DNA from: Candidatus Heimdallarchaeota archaeon
Lineage (GTDB): Archaea > Asgardarchaeota > Heimdallarchaeia > Heimdallarchaeales > Kariarchaeaceae
Direction: 5' to 3'
Assembly: GCA_015523565.1 (NCBI GenBank)
Contig: WAKA01000202.1
Coordinates: 1 to 61,740, forward strand
DNA: 61,740 nucleotides
The position numbers and the translations under genes were made by a program. Positions 20,483-29,595 of the stretch are shown here, one piece after another. Position 1 is the stretch's first letter, and each line of letters opens with the position of its first letter. Below the pieces are notes generated by a model that made no database searches, was not told where the DNA came from, and saw only the letters and a program-made list of their open reading frames with translations.

Positions 20483-23400
20483 TATTGTCCCTCAAGCCAA
20501 TATTCTGGACGAAAACCATTAATTCTTTGGATTTCAATCTTTATCAATCCCCTGTCAAACGCCTCTTTCTCAATTAAGCCAAAGAATTTCTCTATTTCTT
20601 TCTCACTCATGGTTGCGTCCATTGTGACATCAATCACTTGAAATGTATCAATTGCTTCTTTTGATCTAATACAACCCTTTGGTTGACCTTGGTGCAACAC
20701 GATCATATTTACTCCTGACAGGTGGATTGGATACTGTTTTATCGTTTCCAATAAGCTAAGGGGTATTTCTTTTAGTGTCCACCAATTTGGAAGGTAATTC
20801 CCCCGATTTTTCTCCAAAATTGTCTCCTCATCTAGGATATGGTAATAATACACCTTTCTATCCTCATTCAGTAGGTATCTGACTTCTCCTTCCTTGATCA
20901 GATCTGCCAATGCTGAAAAGATAAACACTGGTTTTTCTTCAATTGCGCTTTCCAATTCTTCTAAGGATAAAATGACATTATGTCTCAAATTCCCTATAAT
21001 TAGTTCTTTCATTCCCAACTTTTTATTTATCGTGAAAACTCCTTTTTCATAATGTAGTTTTTTTTCCTTTACCAACTGGTTCAATAAAGGTTCAATGTTT
21101 TCATTGTGGAAATGGTTTACGATCTTCTCTTTGCTGAACCAATTGAATGTTCTTATGAATGTATCCAAGTCCTCCGTTTCTTTCCTCTTCCCAATAATAC
21201 CCAATAATTTCAGTTCTACAATGTCCTTACCACTTAAGGGGACGGAAACCTGCCTTTGCGAAACCAAATAGTCATTGTCCAATTGAAAGCCTTGTTTCAA
21301 AAAAATAGATGTGGTCAATGCAAGAGCACTATCATTGAAAGGTTTTCCATTCATCTCTTCCACAGATATTACAGTTGCCATGAAAAATTGTTTTGCATAA
21401 CTCAAGACTTGTTTTGCCAACAACTCCAAAAATACCGGGTCATATGTCAATATCTTCTTAACCTGTATTTGAACAACCTGCAAATGGTCTCTTGTAAGAT
21501 GAATATAATCCATTGATCCTATCGCTTCCGATCCAAAAATTATTGCCAATGATCCTGAACGTGGATGTATCCATTCTTGCCGTAACCTCCCTCGAAGAAG
21601 AAACAGGGGGTCGTCCCATGGAACAAGCAAAACTTCCATATTTGATTTTTGTTTGATATGGGGTCTTGTAATTTTACTACGAAATAACACCATCCCGTTT
21701 TCTTCAATCAATTCTATTTTTTCTTTACTTTTCAACTCTTCAATGGCTGTTTCAACAACTTCAAACGGTAATTTAGTTAATCCAATAATTTCATCTATGC
21801 TTACTGTGCCATACCAGAATATGCAATCTTGAACAATCATTTCTTGACTTTCCAATCTCGATTTTTCTGTGCCTCTTGCAAAAGGAAGCAAAACATAATT
21901 CTTTTTCTGTGTGAATTGGTCAATCACTCCTTCCCCTATCTGTCCAATATATAAATTCCATTCCAAATACCGCAATATTTCTCGCAGTTTTCTATTGTCC
22001 ATATTGGTAAGTTCCTTTAACTTAACAAATGAAATGCCCTTATTTTTCCCAATCAGCTCCAAAATGTCCTTTTCTTCAATATCCAAATCTTGCCTTTCTC
22101 TTGCTTCAATTATCCTTTTCGCTTGTGGAGCTGTGACGAACACGTTTTTTCCTCCCCAAAACCTGCCAAAATACACTCTCCCATTTTCCATCGCCTGCAA
22201 AACTTCTCCTCTACGAAAAGATGTATGGCGAAGATAAATTGAAATGATGTTTCTGATTGGTCCCGTTTCCTCTATTATTTCTTCTACACCCCTTGAATTA
22301 TCTCCTGTTGATATTATCAACTTTTTCAATCGTTCTGAGAATTGATTCCTCTCATGTATATGTTTCTTGCTTACTTGCAATAAAAGTCTTTCATGATCAA
22401 TTTTTGAGATGTATCTTCTTGTCTGATCGTAAATATATCCTCCAATCACCTCTCCATTATTTTGGAGATCATCCAATGCACTTTCAACTAATTGATCATC
22501 AATTTCCAGTAAATGTGAAATTTCCTGTGATGTCAACGGTCCCCTTGAAAAAATTAAATTATAAACTAAATGTCTGCTTGCTTCACTTGTTTTCATCTTC
22601 TTGACTAGACTTTTGATGTTCTCTATTTCTTCTGAGGGGCTATTCCCTTTTGGATACTCCTCTATTTCTTTACAACCTTTTAATACTGATAAAGCTATTA
22701 ATTGTCCCTTTGAGACGATTCTCCCATTATATACAAATCCTTTCATCCCATTTCTGACATTTTTTGGATCCATTCCCAAACCTGACCTGTATTGCCACAA
22801 TTCCCATCGCCTTTTTTCTGTAAATTCTGGGCTTTCAAGCTTGTTTTTGAAATATTTGTCAACTGCATCTCTCTCCAATTGAATTTCTCTTTCCATTAGT
22901 CTGCCAATGACCTGTTTGTGCAATGAAAGCAATAATGCCCTTCTGTTCTGCATCAAAATTACATCTGTTGTGGAAGTTACTAAAATGGGATGTGTCATTG
23001 GGCTTGGAATGCCTGTCCCATCAATATACTTCACTTCTATTTTTCCCTCATGAATCATGTCTACAACTTGTTTTGCTTTCTCTAAATCAAAAATCTCCGT
23101 GAATATCTCTTTTTCAACTTCCTGCAATAGGGGAAAATTAGGTTCCAGAAATTTCAATAGCCGCTGTGCCATTTGATGTTGTTGTTCTGGTGTCCTCGTA
23201 AACTTTGGTGATCGTTTTAAAACCATGAGGCTTCTTACCGCAACATGTCTAAACCTTAATTTGAATTGCTCTGTCTGTTCTATTGATTCCTTGATATAAT
23301 CATCCAATTTTCTTTCGGTTTGAATTATCCCAAAAAGGTTTGTATGCTTAAATTGAAACCCCAATGGCAATATCAAGGCAAATCCATTGTCTGTAACGCT

Positions 23401-25470
23401 AATCCCCACATTAATGTCATGTTTTCGGGAAATCGCTGTTGCAAGTGCATGTGCGATGGGCTCATTCACTTTTCTGCCAAATACACTCAGTACAAGTATA
23501 TTCGTAACTCCACTTGCATCTGTATAACTTTCAACCACTATTCTTTTGTCGGTAGGAATCTCTGCTACTTCTTGTTGACGTTTCAAATAACTTATTATTT
23601 GCTCTGATACTGTGTTTTCTACTCCAAAATACTCTTCAACAAACCTTTTGGCTGATTTCTCGTTGTTTCCAATAATCTTGTTTCGAACCATCTCCAAGAA
23701 CATGCCTATATGTTGCCCAACCAAAACGCTCCTGCTTATCCCTTCTCCCGCCCAGGAAGGGATTGTAGGTCTGAACCCCAATGCCTGCTTAACAATTATT
23801 TTATTTCCGACACTTCTAAGAAATTTATATGTTGTCCCTCCCAAGACAAAAATATCTCCATGACTCAATTTTTCTGCAAAACGTTCCGAGATTGTTCCGA
23901 TTTTTTCCCTTGTCATTTCATGCACTACTTGAATACTTGAAACATCTGGTATTGTGCCAATATTCATCATAAAATTCTGTCTTGCCATGCCTTTCTTTCC
24001 AAATTTCCCTTTTTCCTTGTCAAACCAAATCCTTCCATATTTCCATTTCTCTTCCACGGCAGTTGGACTATCCATTGCCTCCAATAATTTTAGAAACAAT
24101 TCAAATTCCATATTTCGATATGGGTATGCCCTTTTGATTAACGAAAACGCCTTCTTGACATCCCATGCCTGTTCCAATGAAAGACCAACAATGATTTGAG
24201 CAAGAACATCCAGGGGTTCTTCTGGAATCTGAATCTCTTCTATTTTTCCCTCATATATCAAATTGCGGATTGTCAGAATTTCTAACAAATCAACAATATC
24301 AGTTGATAATATATGTCCATGTGAAGTTTCTGATAAGGTATGTCCTGAACGTCCAATTCTTTGAACTGCTGTGGCTACTTCCTTTGGCGAGCCCCATTGA
24401 ATGGCAAGATCAATATCTCCAATGTCAATTCCCAACTCAAGTGATGTGGATGTGACTACTGCCCTTAATTCTCCTGATTTTAACTTTCTCTCCGCCTCAA
24501 GTCTTAATGATTTGTCAATAGATCCATGATGAACTGCAATCTTCCCTCCCAGTCTCCCTTTGCTCCTCTCCAATAATGTTGTTGTTAAATGCTCTGTCCA
24601 TTTCCTAGTGTTCGCAAAAATAATTGTTGTTTGGTGTTTCTCTATCTCTTTCAAGATATGGTCTATTAACCTATTATTGATCATCTCAAACCTGTCAAAT
24701 TCCAAGTTGTTCGTTGGTGCAATTACCTCAACCTTCACTTTATTTGTTTTCTTGGTTTGGACAACATGGACTTTTTTTGCATTTTTCCCCATTCCTTCCA
24801 AGAATTGACATATTTTTGGAATTGGGGAGACTGTGGCTGAAATTCCTATCCTAGGTATGTCTTTTTTGTTCAACCAAGATACCCATTCTAGACATAACGA
24901 AAGTAATGTACCCCGTTTCGTCGCAGCAAGATCGTGTATTTCATCAATAATTATCCATTCAATCCCTCTCAGTAACTCTTTGAAACGTTTTGAGGCAAGG
25001 GCTATTCCCAAGGATTCTGGAGTAGTAATAAGAATATGTGGTGGTATCTTAAGCATTTTGCTTTTTTCATAACTGCTTGTATCTCCAGTTCGGACTGAAA
25101 CCCTTATCTGTCTGATTAACCCCATTTCCTCCAATGGTTTCTGTAAATTTATCGCAATATCGTTGTTTAATGCTTTCAATGGTGAAATATAAAGCACGTA
25201 AACCTTGTCATTTAATTCCCCCCTTTCATGTAAGCCTTGCAATTCATCAATTATCCCCAAAAATGCGGCCAATGTTTTTCCAGACCCCGTGGGTGCAACT
25301 ATCAATGTTGATTTCCTTTGTTTTATCAGTGGAATTGCCGTTTGTTGCAAGGTTGTTAAATTTCCCAATTTCTCAAATGTCCACTTCTTAATTTGCTGAT
25401 TTAACTGAGGGGGTTCATGATTCAACTTCTCATAAACAATGTCGATACCTTGCCCTTCTTTCTTGCTCAC
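20482..25470 (-). CDS. lhr: Lhr-family SF2 helicase with ~800-aa C-terminal extension
   Basis: APTGSGKT, SPLKALNND, TTPESL, DEIH, SAT, HHGS, SLELGIDIG, QRIGRSGH, NIGTIPD, PSWAGE. Confidence 0.92.
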   Translation of the reverse strand: MSKKEGQGIDIVYEKLNHEPPQLNQQIKKWTFEKLGNLTTLQQTAIPLIKQRKSTLIVAPTGSGKTLAAFLGIIDELQGLHERGELNDKVYVLYISPLKALNNDIAINLQKPLEEMGLIRQIRVSVRTGDTSSYEKSKMLKIPPHILITTPESLGIALASKRFKELLRGIEWIIIDEIHDLAATKRGTLLSLCLEWVSWLNKKDIPRIGISATVSPIPKICQFLEGMGKNAKKVHVVQTKKTNKVKVEVIAPTNNLEFDRFEMINNRLIDHILKEIEKHQTTIIFANTRKWTEHLTTTLLERSKGRLGGKIAVHHGSIDKSLRLEAERKLKSGELRAVVTSTSLELGIDIGDIDLAIQWGSPKEVATAVQRIGRSGHTLSETSHGHILSTDIVDLLEILTIRNLIYEGKIEEIQIPEEPLDVLAQIIVGLSLEQAWDVKKAFSLIKRAYPYRNMEFELFLKLLEAMDSPTAVEEKWKYGRIWFDKEKGKFGKKGMARQNFMMNIGTIPDVSSIQVVHEMTREKIGTISERFAEKLSHGDIFVLGGTTYKFLRSVGNKIIVKQALGFRPTIPSWAGEGISRSVLVGQHIGMFLEMVRNKIIGNNEKSAKRFVEEYFGVENTVSEQIISYLKRQQEVAEIPTDKRIVVESYTDASGVTNILVLSVFGRKVNEPIAHALATAISRKHDINVGISVTDNGFALILPLGFQFKHTNLFGIIQTERKLDDYIKESIEQTEQFKLRFRHVAVRSLMVLKRSPKFTRTPEQQHQMAQRLLKFLEPNFPLLQEVEKEIFTEIFDLEKAKQVVDMIHEGKIEVKYIDGTGIPSPMTHPILVTSTTDVILMQNRRALLLSLHKQVIGRLMEREIQLERDAVDKYFKNKLESPEFTEKRRWELWQYRSGLGMDPKNVRNGMKGFVYNGRIVSKGQLIALSVLKGCKEIEEYPKGNSPSEEIENIKSLVKKMKTSEASRHLVYNLIFSRGPLTSQEISHLLEIDDQLVESALDDLQNNGEVIGGYIYDQTRRYISKIDHERLLLQVSKKHIHERNQFSERLKKLIISTGDNSRGVEEIIEETGPIRNIISIYLRHTSFRRGEVLQAMENGRVYFGRFWGGKNVFVTAPQAKRIIEARERQDLDIEEKDILELIGKNKGISFVKLKELTNMDNRKLREILRYLEWNLYIGQIGEGVIDQFTQKKNYVLLPFARGTEKSRLESQEMIVQDCIFWYGTVSIDEIIGLTKLPFEVVETAIEELKSKEKIELIEENGMVLFRSKITRPHIKQKSNMEVLLVPWDDPLFLLRGRLRQEWIHPRSGSLAIIFGSEAIGSMDYIHLTRDHLQVVQIQVKKILTYDPVFLELLAKQVLSYAKQFFMATVISVEEMNGKPFNDSALALTTSIFLKQGFQLDNDYLVSQRQVSVPLSGKDIVELKLLGIIGKRKETEDLDTFIRTFNWFSKEKIVNHFHNENIEPLLNQLVKEKKLHYEKGVFTINKKLGMKELIIGNLRHNVILSLEELESAIEEKPVFIFSALADLIKEGEVRYLLNEDRKVYYYHILDEETILEKNRGNYLPNWWTLKEIPLSLLETIKQYPIHLSGVNMIVLHQGQPKGCIRSKEAIDTFQVIDVTMDATMSEKEIEKFFGLIEKEAFDRGLIKIEIQRINGFRPEYWLEGQ

Positions 25471-25512
25471 TTATGTCCTTTAACCATTACTTGACCATAA
25501 ATTCTTGGTTCA

Positions 25513-25944
25513 TTACAAAATCCCCATTATCTGTAAGACTACGCGACGCCTTCGTGGTCTGACATCTAGATCAACTAAGGCAACCTGTTGCCACGTCCCT
25601 AAAACTAACCTCCCCTTTATAATTGGAATTGTTAATTCTGCCTGCAAAAATGTGGCACGAAGATGTGAACGTGCATTTGTATCAATTCTGTCATGTAGGT
25701 AGTCATCTCTTCGCGGAATGATTCTTGCTATGGTTTTCTTCAGATCCTCAATCAATCCATGTTCATATTCCGTGGTAATGATTGCAGCTGTCGAGCCTGG
25801 ATGGAATACTGTCAATCTCCCTTCCCTTATCCCGCTTTCATGTACAAACTTGTCCAATTCATCAGTAATGTCTATGATGTCAATTTCCCCTGATGTATCA
25901 ACTGATAATTCCTTAGTTTCAATACTTAACTGACCTGATATCAT
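25513..25944 (-). CDS. yjbQ: YjbQ/UPF0047 family protein
   Basis: GSTAAI, YLHD...NARSHLRA, LGTWQ. Confidence 0.92.
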   Translation of the reverse strand: MISGQLSIETKELSVDTSGEIDIIDITDELDKFVHESGIREGRLTVFHPGSTAAIITTEYEHGLIEDLKKTIARIIPRRDDYLHDRIDTNARSHLRATFLQAELTIPIIKGRLVLGTWQQVALVDLDVRPRRRRVVLQIMGIL

Positions 25945-26460
25945 TAATTTTATTTCTGTAAAAATAAGATATTAACTCCCCTATGGCCTGTTGGATGTTT
26001 GTTCCTATTCCTATTAAATTTCTATGACCAAAATGCCTTTTTATAAATTAACCTATTATGTAGATGTTTTTAATTTTTAATCCCTTATCCTTCCTTTCTT
26101 GGTTCAAAATATGAGAAACACTCCGTTGGGCGCCCCAAACTTTTCCACTCAACGCGCCAAAACCCCAATCGATAATAACAGAAACTCATCCATGGTCTAT
26201 CTCAATTCCATTTTTTTATGTATATGGGCTTTCTTGTCTCTGTTTTTCTCACTTTATGATTCACAAACTTGGCGAAAGTAATAAGACTGCCGCGGGCAAA
26301 GATAAATTCCCATGAATCCTGTATCCATTCAATCCAAAACTAACATAACAATTTCATGTATTGCATGGATCGGATCGAGTGTTGAATGTGGTGAAAAATT
26401 CCCGATAGGGAATTGTATGTTTTTCACTCCGATTTTAAAAAACCAAATTTCCAAAAATAG

Positions 26461-29217
26461 GTGGTTACCATGACAGAAGCACGATTGAAATTTAGAACTG
26501 CTGATGCAGACGAACAGGGTCTTATCTTTAGAAGATTGTTTACCAAGAAAGGAATTCATCCTTATGATTTAGTTGAATGGGAAAAAAGAGATGCTGTCAT
26601 TTCCAATGAAAAGGGAGAGGTGGTATTCAAGCAAACAAATGTTGAATTCCCCTCCTTTTGGTCATTGAACGCCAGCCAAATAGTTGCCAGCAAATATTTT
26701 CATGGAAAATATGATTCTCCAGAAAGGGAATCCAGCCTCAAACAATTGATTGATAGGGTTGTCAACACCATTACCGAATGGGGAAAGAAAGATGGGTATT
26801 TTGCAGACGATACCAATGCAGAAAATTTTGCAATGGAACTTACCCATATCCTCCTTCACCAATATGCCAGCTTTAACTCTCCTGTTTGGTTTAATCTTGG
26901 AACAACATCCAAACCTCAAGCCTCTGCCTGCTTCATCAACAGTGTAGAAGACACAATGGAGTCCATCCTTGAATTGGTTAAGACAGAGGGAATGTTATTC
27001 AAATATGGTTCGGGTGCCGGTGTTAACCTTTCTGTCCTTCGTTCTAAGAAGGAGCAATTAAGCACTGGTGGTTATGCATCTGGTCCTGTTTCCTTTATGA
27101 AAGGCTACGATGCATTTGCTGGTACAATTAAATCTGGTGGAAAAACACGAAGGGCTGCAAAAATGGTCTTGCTTGATGCGGAACATCCAGACATTGTTGA
27201 TTTTATTGTTGCCAAAGCGAATGAGGAGAAAAAAGCATGGGCTTTGATTGACGCTGGATATGATGGATCTTTCACTGGTGAGGCCTACAGTTCTGTTGCG
27301 TTCCAGAATGCCAATCATTCTGTCCGAGTGTCTGATGAATTCATGAGGGCTGCAATTAATAATGAAAAATGGTATACTCGATATGTAACAACTGGTGAAA
27401 TTGCAGATGAATACAATGCACGCGAATTGCTGGACATGATTAGCGAAGCAACTTACATTTGTGGAGACCCAGGGCTTCAATACAAAGATACAATCAACAG
27501 ATGGCACACCTGCAAAAACAGTGGCCCTATCAATGCCAGCAATCCCTGCAGCGAATACCTCTTCCTTGACGATACTGCCTGCAATCTTGCTTCAATCAAT
27601 CTGCTGAAATACAGGAACCCTGACGGATCATTTGACTTGGAAAAGTACATCCATACCATCAATATTGTATTTACCGCTCAGGAAATAATCGTTGGAAATG
27701 CCAGCTATCCAACTCCCAAAATTGAGAAAAACAGCCACATCTACAGAACCATTGGTCTTGGTTATACCAATCTAGGTGCACTTCTTATGTCACTTGGTCT
27801 CCCATATGACAGCGATGAAGGAAGGAACTATGCCGCTGCATTGACATCTGTCCTCACTGGGCAAGCATATCTGCAAAGTGCTGTTATCGCCTCTGTCATG
27901 GGTCCATTTGACGGATACAAACAAAATAAAGACCCAATGCTTGAAGTTATTGGAATGCATAGGGACGCATCAAAACAATTGTCTTCTAAAGGTGTAGACC
28001 CAATGCTTTACTATTATGCTTCTACTGTCTGGGATGAAACTCTAGATGCAGGGATACACTATGGATACAGAAATGCACAAGCCACTGTGTTGGCGCCAAC
28101 GGGGACTATCTCTTTTATGATGGATGCAGATACAACAGGAATTGAACCTGATATTGCTCTTGTAAAATACAAGAAAATGGTTGATGGCGGATACATGACC
28201 ATAATCAACCAAACTGTCCCTCTCGCCCTGAAGAAATTGGGCTACAAGAAAGATCAAGCACAAAAAATCATGGATTATGTCCTTGAAAAGGGAACTATTG
28301 AAGGAGCACCATATGTCAAGAATGACCACCTCCCTGTCTTTGATTGTGCATTCAAAAGCCCCAATGGAACCAGAACCATTCATTATATGGGTCATGTCAG
28401 AATGATGGGGGCTGTTCAACCCTTCATCTCTGGTGCCATCTCAAAAACCGTGAACATGCCTGAACACACTACTGTTGAAGAGATATCTAAAACCTATATT
28501 GAGGCATGGAAACTTGGTGTAAAAGCCATCGCCATTTACAGGGACAATTCAAAACGGCTTCAACCCCTTAATACAAAGAAAGAAGAAAAGAAAACAGAAA
28601 ACAAGAACAAAATTGAATTGGAGCATGAAAACCTTGATGACCTTTCCCAGCTTAAACTTCCTACACCTACTCCAATAAGAAGAAGATTGCCTGAAACAAG
28701 AAATTCCAAGGTTCATAAATTCGATATTGAGGGTCATGAGGGATATATTATTGCAGGTCTTTATGATGACGGCACTGTTGGTGAAGTATTCATTAAAATG
28801 AGTAAACAGGGCTCGACATTGGGTGGTGTAATGGACAGTCTTGCTGTTCTGATTTCTCTTTCCCTTCAATATGGTGTGCCGCTTTCTGTCTTGGTCAATA
28901 AATTTATCCACACCAAATTTGAACCCTCTGGATATACTGCCAATAAGGACATACCCACCACTTCCAGCATAGTGGATTATATTTTCCGATGGCTTGCTTT
29001 GGAATTCCTGCCTGAAGAGGAAAGACCGTTGTCTCTGCAAAAATCTTATTCAAATGGAACCTCATTGCCTCCTAAGGAGGATGCCATTGACCCCACCACT
29101 TTCGATAAGCGAAATGTCGAAGATGAATCAATTTGTATCTATTGTGGTGCAATCGCCATTAGGGCAGGATCCTGCTATGCTTGCCCTGAATGTGGAAACA
29201 CCTCTGGATGCAGTTAG
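26461..29217 (+). CDS. nrdJ: Class II (adenosylcobalamin-dependent) ribonucleotide reductase with C-terminal TSCPD-like region and Zn ribbon; no ATP cone
   Basis: FNSPVWFN, SACFI, TRRAAKM, SNPCSEY, ACNLAS, APTGTI, SGAISKTVN, CIYC...CPECGNTSGCS. Confidence 0.95.
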   Translation: MVTMTEARLKFRTADADEQGLIFRRLFTKKGIHPYDLVEWEKRDAVISNEKGEVVFKQTNVEFPSFWSLNASQIVASKYFHGKYDSPERESSLKQLIDRVVNTITEWGKKDGYFADDTNAENFAMELTHILLHQYASFNSPVWFNLGTTSKPQASACFINSVEDTMESILELVKTEGMLFKYGSGAGVNLSVLRSKKEQLSTGGYASGPVSFMKGYDAFAGTIKSGGKTRRAAKMVLLDAEHPDIVDFIVAKANEEKKAWALIDAGYDGSFTGEAYSSVAFQNANHSVRVSDEFMRAAINNEKWYTRYVTTGEIADEYNARELLDMISEATYICGDPGLQYKDTINRWHTCKNSGPINASNPCSEYLFLDDTACNLASINLLKYRNPDGSFDLEKYIHTINIVFTAQEIIVGNASYPTPKIEKNSHIYRTIGLGYTNLGALLMSLGLPYDSDEGRNYAAALTSVLTGQAYLQSAVIASVMGPFDGYKQNKDPMLEVIGMHRDASKQLSSKGVDPMLYYYASTVWDETLDAGIHYGYRNAQATVLAPTGTISFMMDADTTGIEPDIALVKYKKMVDGGYMTIINQTVPLALKKLGYKKDQAQKIMDYVLEKGTIEGAPYVKNDHLPVFDCAFKSPNGTRTIHYMGHVRMMGAVQPFISGAISKTVNMPEHTTVEEISKTYIEAWKLGVKAIAIYRDNSKRLQPLNTKKEEKKTENKNKIELEHENLDDLSQLKLPTPTPIRRRLPETRNSKVHKFDIEGHEGYIIAGLYDDGTVGEVFIKMSKQGSTLGGVMDSLAVLISLSLQYGVPLSVLVNKFIHTKFEPSGYTANKDIPTTSSIVDYIFRWLALEFLPEEERPLSLQKSYSNGTSLPPKEDAIDPTTFDKRNVEDESICIYCGAIAIRAGSCYACPECGNTSGCS

Positions 29218-29226
29218 GGTGAAATA

Positions 29227-29523
29227 ATGACTACAGATACATTTCAACAAACCATCCATATTGACAGGATGAAATATGTCCTAAATGCATTGAGGGAATG
29301 TGCGGTACCTAACGGGGATCTTCTCTCAATAGAAATAAAGGAACTTACCAACTATATTAAACAGGACATTGGGCTTTCTTTAGTTATCAGGGAAAATATA
29401 TTGACAAACATTGTTCCGATATTGGAATCATTGGAAATTTTCACTGTCAACAATGGGTATGTCTCCGCAAAAAAACAACTGTTTAATCTTGAATTGGAAG
29501 CTTGGGGACTAACTAATTCTTAA
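29227..29523 (+). CDS. Small hypothetical protein, possible winged helix
   Basis: 98 aa, 9 nt after the nrdJ stop, GGTGA SD; helix-helix-helix-beta pattern; weak similarity to 59957..60241. Confidence 0.7.
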   Translation: MTTDTFQQTIHIDRMKYVLNALRECAVPNGDLLSIEIKELTNYIKQDIGLSLVIRENILTNIVPILESLEIFTVNNGYVSAKKQLFNLELEAWGLTNS

Positions 29524-29595
29524 ATTCCAACGCGATTGGCTCCTCGGCAAACCTGTTAATATTTAAATCAACAAAATCGGATTTGATTCGAAAAA

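Noticed and set aside
26099-26281. 60-aa ORF in the nrdJ upstream region
   Set aside because: Short, no recognisable motif or SD; cannot be supported
26271-26414. Cobalamin riboswitch upstream of nrdJ
   Set aside because: Fragments (AAGACTGCC, GGTGAAAAATTCC, ATAGGGAA) resemble B12-element words but are in the wrong order and lack the GCCCCCGC/ACTGT core
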